DNA of 64,000 nucleotides from a virus, in the IMG/VR virus record IMGVR_UViG_3300047157_000162, positions 1-64,000 of that record, one strand, 5' to 3'. Within the stretch, counting starts at the first letter, position 1. Each line of letters starts with the position of its first letter. The notes beneath the pieces were generated by a model. It did not search any database, had not been told where the DNA came from, and saw only the letters and a program-made list of their open reading frames with translations. A program made the position numbers and the translations under genes. Shown here in pieces: positions 27,823 through 38,200 of the stretch.

Positions 27823-28262
27823 CAAGACAAAAATACGCAGAGCGCCAGATTGACAAGTTTGTTAAATGGAGCTGGGAGGCAAAAGGCAAAGTGAGATCAA
27901 TAGATATAGAACAATTACACAAAAGACATAATATAAAATGTACATGAAAGAAAACGAAAACGAAACAGCTTGGGTTATAGAAGTAGGGTTTTATCCTGGA
28001 GTACTATTTGGATTTAGATCTTATATAGAAGAGGATATTGCTATACACGTCTTGTATCTACCATTTTTTGATATAGCTTTGAAAATATTCAAATAATGGA
28101 TGATAACTTAGAAAGCGTAGTGGCTTCGGTAGGCTTATTTATAGACAATATATTGAATGATATGAAGAATGTATCTAAGTCTACAACAAAGCCTGTTATA
28201 CTAGCTCATATAGATGCCTGGAAGAACGAATTAGAAACAATAAAACAATTTACAAAAACATA

Positions 28263-29231
28263 ATGGGATTATTTGATAAAAGAATACCTTATAAGCCTTT
28301 TGAGTACCCTGAGTATTATACTGAGGGTTGGTTAAAACAAGCTCAAGCTTTTTGGTTGCATACAGAAATATCGATGCAAAGCGATGTTAAAGACTGGAAA
28401 GAAAAATTAAATGAAAAAGAAAAAAACTTAGTAGGTAATATACTACTAGGGTTTGCTCAAACCGAATGTGCAGTATCTGATTATTGGACACAAAAAGTAG
28501 TTGGTTGGTTTCCTAAACATGAAATACAACAAATGGCAATGATGTTTGGATCGCAAGAAACTATACACGCGGTTGCTTATAGCTACTTAAATGAAACTTT
28601 AAAACTAGAAGATTATGAAGCGTTTTTACACGAGCCTGCTACAGCAGAAAGATTTGATAATCTTGTATCTTATAGTGGGACTAGCTCAATTGGTATTGCT
28701 AAGTCTCTCGCTGTATTTTCTGCATTTGCCGAAGGAGTTTCTTTATATTCTGCCTTTGCAGTACTTTATTCTTTTCAACTTAGAAATTTGCTTAAAGGTA
28801 TTGGGCAACAAATGAAGTGGTCAGTAAGGGATGAATCATTGCATAGCAAAATGGGTTGTACTTTATTTCGTCATATGTGCGAAGAAGATAATCAATTACT
28901 GAGTTTATGTCGAGAAGATATAATAAAAGCTGCAGAAACAATGGTTAATCTTGAAGTTAAATATATCGACAAAATGTTTGAAATGGGCGATATAGAAGGT
29001 ATATCATCTAATGATCTAAAACACTTTATAAAGAAAAGAACAAATGAAAAACTTGTGGAGCTCGGTTACGTCGATCTTGGAAACTATTTCGCGTATAACG
29101 ACAAAGCAGCTAGTAATCTTGATTGGTTTTACCATCTTACCGGGGGCGTCACTCATACTGATTTTTTCGCTATTAGGCCAACTGATTATTCAAAAGCTGG
29201 AGAAAATGAGGACTATGAAGACATGTGGTAA
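28263..29231 (+). CDS. nrdB: ribonucleotide reductase class I beta subunit
   Basis: FW..EI...D, QETIHAVAY (radical Tyr), EGVSLYSAF, RDESLH, DFF. Confidence 0.95.
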   Translation: MGLFDKRIPYKPFEYPEYYTEGWLKQAQAFWLHTEISMQSDVKDWKEKLNEKEKNLVGNILLGFAQTECAVSDYWTQKVVGWFPKHEIQQMAMMFGSQETIHAVAYSYLNETLKLEDYEAFLHEPATAERFDNLVSYSGTSSIGIAKSLAVFSAFAEGVSLYSAFAVLYSFQLRNLLKGIGQQMKWSVRDESLHSKMGCTLFRHMCEEDNQLLSLCREDIIKAAETMVNLEVKYIDKMFEMGDIEGISSNDLKHFIKKRTNEKLVELGYVDLGNYFAYNDKAASNLDWFYHLTGGVTHTDFFAIRPTDYSKAGENEDYEDMW

Positions 29232-29252
29232 TAATAAAAACAAATAACAAAT

Positions 29253-30971
29253 ATGTGGAATAATGATTGGAAAAAAGGAGAAGATTACCCTGCGTGGGGT
29301 AATAACGACGTATACAAGAAGACAATATCCGGGGGATATTTATTCGACGGAGAAACACCTAAAGAAGCATACTATAGGGTCGCTAAAACGGTTGCTCGTA
29401 GATTATATAAACCGGAAATGGCAGAAACTTTCTTCGAGTACATATGGAATGGTTGGCTATGTCTCGCTTCCCCGGTATTATCTAATACAGGTACTGATCG
29501 CGGCTTGCCTATTAGCTGTTTCGGGATTGATGTTGCTGATAGCATACAAGATATAGGTAGTAAAAATTTAGAGATGATGCTACTCGCTAAGCACGGCGGT
29601 GGAGTTGGTATCGGTGTAAATCAAATTAGACCCGCTGGCGCTAAAATAACAGGTAATGGAACATCAGACGGAGTCGTACCTTTCTGCAAGATATATGACT
29701 CAACAATTCTTGCAACTAATCAAGGGAGTGTCCGTCGTGGAGCTGCCTCAGTTAATATCAACATTGAACATGGCGACTTTGAGGACTGGCTTGAAATCAG
29801 GGAACCTAAAGGAGATGTTAACAGACAATCGCTTAACCTTCATCAGTGCGCAATTGTTGGTGATAAGTTTATGCGAAAGCTTGAACAAGGAGATAAGGAA
29901 GCAAGATCTAGATGGGGTAAATTACTTAGAAAACGAAAAGGAACTGGAGAACCGTATATTATGTTTAAAGGAAATGTTAACAAAGCAAATCCAGAAGCAT
30001 ATAAAGAAAACGGATTAAAAGTACATATGACCAACATATGTTCAGAAATTACATTACACACAGATGAAAACCATAGTTTTGTATGTTGTTTATCATCATT
30101 AAATTTAGCAAAATATGAAGAATGGAAAGACACTAATCTTATATATGACGCCACTTTCTTTCTTGACGGAGTTATGGAGGAATTTATTCAAAGAGCCAAG
30201 GGACTTCGCGGGTTTGAAAATGCTGTTCGGTCTGCGCAGAAAGGGAGAGCATTGGGACTTGGTGTACTCGGATGGCACACCTATCTCCAAGAAAATGGTA
30301 TTCCTTTCGAAGGTTTACTATCTCAGTTTGAAACTAGGAAAATATTTTCGCAAATTAAAATTGAAAGTGAAAGAGCCTCAATGGACTTGGCTGAAATTTA
30401 CGGCGAGCCTTTATGGTGTGTTGGGACGGGTATGCGTAATACTCATCTCCGTGCTATTGCTCCTACTGTTTCTAATAGCAAGCTTAGCGGTAATGTTTCT
30501 CCTGGTGTTGAGCCGTGGGCTGCGAATGTTTTTACAGAGCAGAGTGCAAAGGGGACTTTCATTAGGAAAAACCCGACGTTAGTTAAACTATTAAAGAAAC
30601 ATAAACTAAATACAAATGAAACATGGAATAAAATATTGGCTGACGGAGGCAGCATACAGGATATCGATGCTTTGGATAATATCACTATGGGTCATGACAT
30701 TCCAGTTAAAGAAGTTTTTAAAACTTTTAAAGAGATTAATCAACTAGAATTAGTTAACCAAGCTGGTCTTAGACAGCAATATGTAGACCAGTCGGTTAGT
30801 TTAAACTTAGCTTTTCCATCTGAAGCTACACCTAAGTGGTTGAACAAAGTTCATTTTGAAGCTTGGAAGAAAGGTGTTAAAACCTTATATTATACTAGAA
30901 CAGAATCTGTTTTACGTGGTGATATAGCTCAGCAAGCTATGAATGAAGATTGTTTAGCTTGTGATGGCTAA
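29253..30971 (+). CDS. nrdA: ribonucleotide reductase class I alpha subunit (no ATP cone)
   Basis: PISCF, GGGVG, RRGA, TNICSEI, AIAPT, KTLYY, C-terminal CLAC. Confidence 0.95.
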   Translation: MWNNDWKKGEDYPAWGNNDVYKKTISGGYLFDGETPKEAYYRVAKTVARRLYKPEMAETFFEYIWNGWLCLASPVLSNTGTDRGLPISCFGIDVADSIQDIGSKNLEMMLLAKHGGGVGIGVNQIRPAGAKITGNGTSDGVVPFCKIYDSTILATNQGSVRRGAASVNINIEHGDFEDWLEIREPKGDVNRQSLNLHQCAIVGDKFMRKLEQGDKEARSRWGKLLRKRKGTGEPYIMFKGNVNKANPEAYKENGLKVHMTNICSEITLHTDENHSFVCCLSSLNLAKYEEWKDTNLIYDATFFLDGVMEEFIQRAKGLRGFENAVRSAQKGRALGLGVLGWHTYLQENGIPFEGLLSQFETRKIFSQIKIESERASMDLAEIYGEPLWCVGTGMRNTHLRAIAPTVSNSKLSGNVSPGVEPWAANVFTEQSAKGTFIRKNPTLVKLLKKHKLNTNETWNKILADGGSIQDIDALDNITMGHDIPVKEVFKTFKEINQLELVNQAGLRQQYVDQSVSLNLAFPSEATPKWLNKVHFEAWKKGVKTLYYTRTESVLRGDIAQQAMNEDCLACDG

Positions 30972-31044
30972 AGGCTAAAAGTTATGACTTTTTTATACAT
31001 ATAATAATTAATATGTATAAATAATTAAATAATTTATATATATT

Positions 31045-31080
31045 AAAAAAAGGGGTCTCATAATGAGGCCCCTTTCTTTT
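31045..31080. terminator. bidirectional intrinsic terminator between the convergent blocks
   Basis: aaaaaaaGGGGTCTCA-taa-TGAGGCCCCtttctttt. Confidence 0.85.
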
Positions 31081-31120
31081 ATAGGAATTGCAGGTATGGT
31101 ACGCCTGATAATTTTTATTC

Positions 31121-31405
31121 CTATTTATACTTTTTTGCAATATTTTTATAATAAGCTCTAGAAGCTTTTAAACTACCGTGTTTTTTAATGGCATTTTTCT
31201 TATAGCTACTAGCTTTTTTAAAGTCATACCCTGGAGTTACAGAATTTCCTCCATCATCTTGAATAAATTCATGAGTCATACCTGTTGCGGCATTATAGTT
31301 TCTAGTAAATTTATTTGGATCTTTTTTAGGTTTAGGATCTTTGTTTTGAAAAGGAGATTGTTTAGTTAAATATTGTGCACAGTGTTTTGATGTAAATGGT
31401 TTCAT
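31121..31405 (-). CDS. small basic late protein
   Basis: 94 aa, K-rich, SKHC and SPF motifs. Confidence 0.55.
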   Translation of the reverse strand: MKPFTSKHCAQYLTKQSPFQNKDPKPKKDPNKFTRNYNAATGMTHEFIQDDGGNSVTPGYDFKKASSYKKNAIKKHGSLKASRAYYKNIAKKYK

Positions 31406-31450
31406 TTTTATTAGTTGTTTTTGGTTTATATTTGCTATTATTATTTACTT

Positions 31451-31720
31451 TTATGATACATTACTAGATGAAGATCTTCTTCTACCCATACCAACCTTCT
31501 TTTTAGCTTTTATAACTTTTTGTTTTTCTTCTGGACTCATATTGCTCCAGGTTTTTGGAGATTTAGAGTTTACTTTTTTCGAAGGTCTACAAACTTTAGT
31601 ATTCTTATTTTTAGACGATCCGCATGGATTTCCTTTTTCATCTTTCCACTCTTCCTTAAACCATCGTTTTAAAGAAGCTCCTTTTTCTGTTTTTCTAACG
31701 AACAACGGTGATTGTCTCAT
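31451..31720 (-). CDS. small basic late protein (LKRWFKEEW...CG...CRP family)
   Basis: motif typical of conserved aquatic-virus proteins of unknown function. Confidence 0.6.
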   Translation of the reverse strand: MRQSPLFVRKTEKGASLKRWFKEEWKDEKGNPCGSSKNKNTKVCRPSKKVNSKSPKTWSNMSPEEKQKVIKAKKKVGMGRRRSSSSNVS

Positions 31721-31857
31721 TATTTCTTACCTTTATTTTTTCTACACTTAGCAATCATACCACTAGCATAAGCTGAAGGAAATACTTTGTGTGCTTTTTT
31801 AGCCTTGTAATAACAGTCGTCTTTTAATTGAAATGGTGTTCCTTTTGTTAGTTTCAT
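31720..31857 (-). CDS. small basic protein (45 aa, not in ORF track)
   Basis: MKLTKGTPFQLKDDCYYKAKKAHKVFPSAYASGMIAKCRK; stop overlaps the next start. Confidence 0.6.
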   Translation of the reverse strand: MKLTKGTPFQLKDDCYYKAKKAHKVFPSAYASGMIAKCRKNKGKK

Positions 31858-31867
31858 AATTTTATTT

Positions 31868-32227
31868 TTAATAAGTCCATAATACGTTTTGTGCTTTATC
31901 TTTATCTATATCAGCGTGAATAAAAGTTTTAGCAATACCAATTCTTTTAAATCCAACTTCTTTTAATATACCTGTTAATTTAAATCTGTCAGTAGAGTTA
32001 TTACATGCAATATCAACTGCTAAACCTTTTGTGTGAGATGATTCAGGTGTACCTCCTACTTTAGCATTATGCTCTATAGTTCTGTAGCCTGAATTAATAA
32101 CAATAGATTTACCATACTTTTTCCTAACAATATCAAGCATGTTAAGTAACTCTTCATTCATTAATTGACCACTACCTTGAACATCTGGTGAGTCAAACTC
32201 TTCGTGCGTAAAGTATTTTAATTTCAT
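31868..32227 (-). CDS. peptidase M15 endolysin
   Basis: INSGYRT..HN..VGG...SSH..GLAVDI, FIHAD. Confidence 0.9.
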   Translation of the reverse strand: MKLKYFTHEEFDSPDVQGSGQLMNEELLNMLDIVRKKYGKSIVINSGYRTIEHNAKVGGTPESSHTKGLAVDIACNNSTDRFKLTGILKEVGFKRIGIAKTFIHADIDKDKAQNVLWTY

Positions 32228-32238
32228 ATATATAAATG

Positions 32239-35200
32239 TTAATTTAGTACTCTTCTCTTACTGCTTTTTCCTCTTACGTTCTTTCTACTTTTGGATTTTT
32301 TAGATTTTTTAATACCTAACTGCCATTCAGACCATCCAGCTAGTAAAGCTACTCTCTGCGCTACAGATATATTTTCTTGAGTAGATGCTGTTACATTATT
32401 TATTTTCTTAACAACTCTATCTAGAGGTACGTTTGTCGTAGCTGATATAACATTAGCTCCCGCTAAGTAAGCCGGGTTGTCTAAACTAAAACCTTTTTCT
32501 TTTATTTCTTTTTCATCCCAAGAAAAAGACCTACCAGCGGCTTTTAATTTACTTATTTTAGAAGATATTGGTGGTGATAATTTTAATAACTCTGAAGCAG
32601 CATTTTCGTACTTAGGATTATCTTTAGCACTCTCTTTAGCTAGTTTTATACCAGCGTTTTTAATCACAGTAAAAACCGCTCCACCTATACCCGTACCTCT
32701 AAGTATTGAATCAAGCATACCGTTTGCGATACCAACTACTTTCTTTTCGTCTTCTTCTTCATCTTCTCCAAATGTTATAGCAAATAAAGCTTGCTGCAAC
32801 GCATTAAATATTAAGTTTTGTGCTACACCATAATATATAATCTTAGATATATTTGTTTTAGCATCACCTCGACCATTCTTGAGATCACTAGCGGCTTTTT
32901 TAATTAATCTAGCGTATTGCGCTGGTGTGTTAGCGAAAGCTAGTATAATACGCCCTAATGGACCCGCTTGTTGTTGACTTATTCTATCAGGTCTACTTGA
33001 CTGTTGAGATTCTTCTGCTATCTCTCTAAAGTCTCTTAAAGCTTCTCTTTCAGCTGCCATACTGCTTTTACCTTGTTTCATAAGAGATTTAACTCTATTT
33101 CTATAAAAAGTTGCACCACCAGATGCAATAGCAAAACTATCAGCTATTTGAGTTGGCGTAAATCCTAATTTTAATAGTTTGTTTATAACACCTCTAACAC
33201 CTCTTTCTTTAGCTATATCAGCAATATCAGCTTCATTAACATTCATCTTTAATCCATCACGTCTCTCGATTAAGAACTCAGAGTTAAATAGTTTTTTGAA
33301 GTCTGTCCAATATTGTTTTTGATTAGCAAAAGCTTTACCTGCAGCTAGTATATTATTGTCTCCAAAATTTATAAAGTTTACAGCAGACAATGTTTGTAAC
33401 ACGGCTGATCTAGTGTTAAAAAACATTATAGCACCAATACTACCTGTTAACCAGTCAGTTACTCTGGTTGTTAAAGAATCTACACCTGTAGATCTATTTC
33501 TACCAGTCTTCATTCTTTTTAATATATTCTCCATAGCCATACGATATTGTTTACCATATATAGCCTCTAGTTTATTTAAGTTTTTCTCTGAAAATATAAT
33601 ATCAACATTTTGTTGCCAAAGTTCTAAGTACTTTTTTCTTTTATTTGTATTTAAAGTTTCTAATAAATCAGTCGTTATGGTACCTGTATTCCAAGAGTCA
33701 GTAGGTGATATATAGCCAGTACCTTTGTTAAGTTTCATTATTTCTGTACCAAATACTTTTAGATCTGGGTTTGAGTCAACGTATTTAACTAAACTATCTA
33801 TATCGCTTTTGTCTAAACCAGGAACATCTTCACCTATTTGATTCCATATCCAAACACGAACAGCTTGCTCTTTAGTGAAAGAATCTCCAGGTATCTTCTT
33901 TTTTAAATCTTTTGGAACTATTTTAAGTTTCTTTTTTAACTCTCTAAAATCCCTACCTAAAGCATTTCTATCTCTAGATATGTTTTCCATAGCTCTAGCA
34001 AATGGGTTTAGTAAATTTTTCTTATACCAAGCCATTTGAGCGTCTCCTGTCCTACCCTTACCTAATGTAGCATATAACAAACCTACAAAATCTTCAGCTG
34101 AAGGTGGTATAAAGAATTTAAATCTACCTTTACTAGCTCCAACAGTCTCTGCTTTTACTCGCTTATATTCTTTATCAGAAGCTATACCAGACTTTTTCTC
34201 TAATATATCGTTAAAATCTTTATCTAAGTTTTGAATATTACTGAACTGTATACCAGCTTCTGATTGCTGATCATCTAAGCTTTTCATTTCATCTAAAACT
34301 TGATCCATAGTAAAATTACCTTTTAATCTTTTAGATTTAGGTAACGTGTCATTATTAGATTTAGACGCTTGCAGTGTTGACTTGTATAATTCTTTTATAC
34401 TTTTTACATTTTTACTTTCACTAAAATCAAGTATTGGTGTCAAAGATATATTAGCACCGTTATTTTCATTAGCATATTTGTATCTAGTAGGAAAACCTTT
34501 TTCGTCTGGATATATTAAATCAAGAGAATAATCACTTTTAGAATCGCCTTTCCTAGGACCATTCATTTTGTTTGTTTTGTTTACTATAGAGTCTTGATCC
34601 TTAGGTATAATAGCAACATCGAAGTTCTTCATTATTTTATCGAACATGCTGTTAAATTCAGCCTCTGTTTTACTATTGTATAAAGCTTTCATCAATTCAA
34701 CAGAAGTGTCCGAAGCTGTTTGAGAATGTTCGTACACGTAATCAGAGTCACTTAATCCGTTTACATACATTATCCACTTAGGTATAGCCGCTGTTCTAAT
34801 TAAGGAATCAGTATTACTATTCATCATAGTAAAAATCATAGGTATAAAAGTCTTGTCATTAGGATTTTTTTTGTTATACTTTATTAATGTTTTTAGTATT
34901 TTCTTTAATCCTTTTCTTTGATCTTTGGCTATGTTAATTCTTTCCTTTATTGTTTCAAAAAACTTACCAGAGTTAATACCTTCTGACGATTGTTTTTTAA
35001 GAACAGATAGCTTTATTTTTTTACTGTTACCATCTATATCTGTATACTCAACAAGTCTATCACCTTTTTCATGAGTTATTTGTTTTAATCCCTTTTTCTC
35101 TCTGTGTTCGTTATAAGACTTAAAAAAATCAGATCTTCCTTCGAAAGCGATATTTCTAACGTTTTTAAAATCTTCAGAGTAAACACTTTTGCCGTTAACT

Positions 35201-38200
35201 GTTTTCCATTTATAGTTGTAACCCTTGCTAGCTGTTGGTAATATGTACTTCACAAAATCATCTTCACTGAAGCTATCAAATACATCAAATATATCTTTTT
35301 TAAATTTATTTACTTTTTGCTCATCATTAAAGTCTACATTAGCCTCTTTATTAGTTGTAGCTTTATATGCGTTTGATATTTTACTAAATTGAATATCAGA
35401 TTTACCTGCTTGTATGTTCTGCTTTTGTACGTCGGTGACATTATCTAACTGCCTTATTTCTGTGTTAGTAGCTAGTTTACCGAACAGCATTGTTATAGCT
35501 TTTAGTCTTTGACCTATTTTTCTGTCATACTTATTAGCTTCACCTTTCTTAATACCTAAGTCTTCTAAAAACTGCTCGTATGTAAGATCTTTTTTAAGTT
35601 CTTTAATAACAACTTGAGATGTAACACCTTTACTTCTTTTACCGGTAGCTTCGTAAAAAGCTTTCATTAAGCTTGTAGGTATCTTTAAGCCTGTACCTTT
35701 AACACTCTTATAAGCTTGGGCATCTACAGTGGCTAACTCAGGAGCTACGTTGTTTGGTGGCATTAACTTAAACAAGTCAGGACCCATAGACTTTATTATG
35801 TCTTGTATTTTACTTGACTCTGATTTTATAATCATACCAACCTTAGCTTCAGGGTAGTATTTTTTAATACTTTCTATATTCTTATTATCTACTACAACGT
35901 CTTTAAAAGCTAAGTTATCTGCAGGATCTGTAACTTTTAATACGGGTATATCAAATATTTCTGCAGTAACTTCAGCTGCTAAATCTTTTAAATTACCAAA
36001 AGTAGATCCGTCTATAGTTGCTTTACCAGATTCAACCATACTTTTAACAGCATCCCTGTATTTTTTCTGTAAACCTAAATCTCTTATTAATTCTATAGGT
36101 TTTATCTTTCTAGACGGTTTTTTAGTAGTTTCTACAGACTTTGTATCTGTTGTCGATGCAACTTCAGCTACTGAACCTACTTCACCAGCTTTAACATCTA
36201 GACTTTTATCTGCTATTTTTCTAAACTTCTCGTAAGTTTGTTGAGCTTTTGGAGCTATATTATTATACACCCAAGTAGAAAACTTAGATTCATCTGGTTT
36301 ATAAGATTCAATTATCTTAGGTAAAAATTGTCTAAGATAATCTCTTACTTCGGTTCTATCTAAATCTCCTTTTCTAGTGTCATATTTTATAGCTTTTAAA
36401 GCCATCGTATCGAAAGACTCTACTAATTCAGACTCTGCAGCTGCTTTATCTTTTCTAGTAGTTTCTTTTGATTTTATAGTCTCAACTAAAGCCTCGTTAT
36501 CATAAGTCTTTTTAGTAGTTTCTTCTTTTTCTGCTTTTTCTTTTTTAACTACAGGTTTTTTTACAGGTGCTTTTTTAGCTTGTATTATTTTATATTGCAG
36601 GTTAGATCTTAAAGCATCAAACTCGTCTGGATCATATTCAAACTCGTTTTCATCTAGTGTTTCAAGCTCTTGCTCTAAAGACTGAATTTTCTCTTGATTA
36701 ACATTAGAAAAATCTGATTGTTTTGTTTTAGAAAAATCAGTAGTTACACCTAACTTAGGAGCAACAAACTGCTTAATGTCTTTGCTTATAGCGCCTTTTT
36801 CCGCAGACTTACTATACTCTCGCATAAAGTTGTAAACATCTTTACCGGTGTCAAAATTTAGTTTGCTAAAACCTAGTGATCTAAATAAAGGCATTAACAT
36901 GTCACCTATCTTGGTAAATAAAGTTTCATTATATTTTATCTCTTTATCAGCAATAGCGTCAGAAAAAACAGTTAGGTATTCTTTATTATAAGTATCTTTA
37001 TTAACAATACCGGTTTCCTTATCTGTGTATCTAGCCTCCATCATGCGCTCCATGAAGTCTAATTGATCTTTAGATAACTGATTTTTAAACTCTTCAACTA
37101 CAGCACCTTGTTGATCTGCATCACCTACAATTGCGTTTAGTATAGGGTGTAATGTTTCGTGAGCACCAACATTTAATTGATTTAATTCCACAAGTCTATC
37201 CTTGTTCATAAAAAACTCGCCATTAGCAAAAAACCCACCGCTGTTATCACTGTAATTAGTGTTGTTTATTTTATTTGTTTTTTCAGCTATTTTAGATTTA
37301 TCTAATTTTTTATCTATATTGTTTATCTCAAGCTCTCTAGCTTTTTTATTAAAATCTTCAGGGCTTAGAGCAGTACTTTTTATACCAATACTAGCAGCAT
37401 CCTTAGCAAAGCTTAATGTTTTTTCTTTTCTATCTTTTTTTATTTCTAGATCCTGCTCTTTATTTATAGCATCTAGTCTTTCTGATTGTGTACCTGTTAG
37501 GGCTTTGTCGTTTATTTCTTTTATTTGAGCTTCTAAGTCTGATTTTTCTTTTTGTAACTCAACAATTTTAATCTCTGCTTTTTCGCTAAGGTTTAACGAT
37601 TTTACTTTATTTACAGTTCCTTGAGTCTTTATAAAATTCTTTTTTATAGCATCACCTTCCTCTTTTGTTATCTCAGCTCTTTTCACTTGAGCATCAACTT
37701 TTTCGTCTAGTATTTTTCTAGAGTTTTTTATTTTAGATATTTTAATTTCTGCATCATCAGTTTTAGTCTCTGGCTTAAAAACATCTACTATGTTTCCATA
37801 CTCAGTTCTATTAATCTCTTTGTTAACTTTAATTCTATCTAGGTTTGTTTGAATATTCAAAGCTTGCTTACCTAAAGTTAAAGGAGCACTACCTAACCCA
37901 GCAACTGCTTCAAAACCAATTTCAGCAACATCCATTTCTTGGTCAGCAACATACCTTCCAGCTACTTCACCTAAACCACCACCAGCTATTTCAACACCAC
38001 CGGTAACGCCAGCAGCAACCATAGGTGCTCTTTTAAATCCAGCAGTTGCTAGTTTACCACCAACACCTTTAGCTATTCCTAATGTAGCCATTTCAACAGC
38101 AGCGATAGCTACACCTCTATTTAAAGCTCTATTTTTTAAATCGGCTAGTTTTTCTGGATCTTGAAGTATTTTCTTTATTTTATCTGGATCTAAACCTCCT

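Noticed and set aside
30992-31021. 11-bp inverted repeat tttatacatat/atatgtataaa
   Set aside because: Single copy in nearly pure A/T sequence next to the terminator; could arise by chance.
34600-34745. YEHSQT...VAIIPK segment as an HNH-like nuclease in the giant protein
   Set aside because: The resemblance is too weak to call without a profile search.
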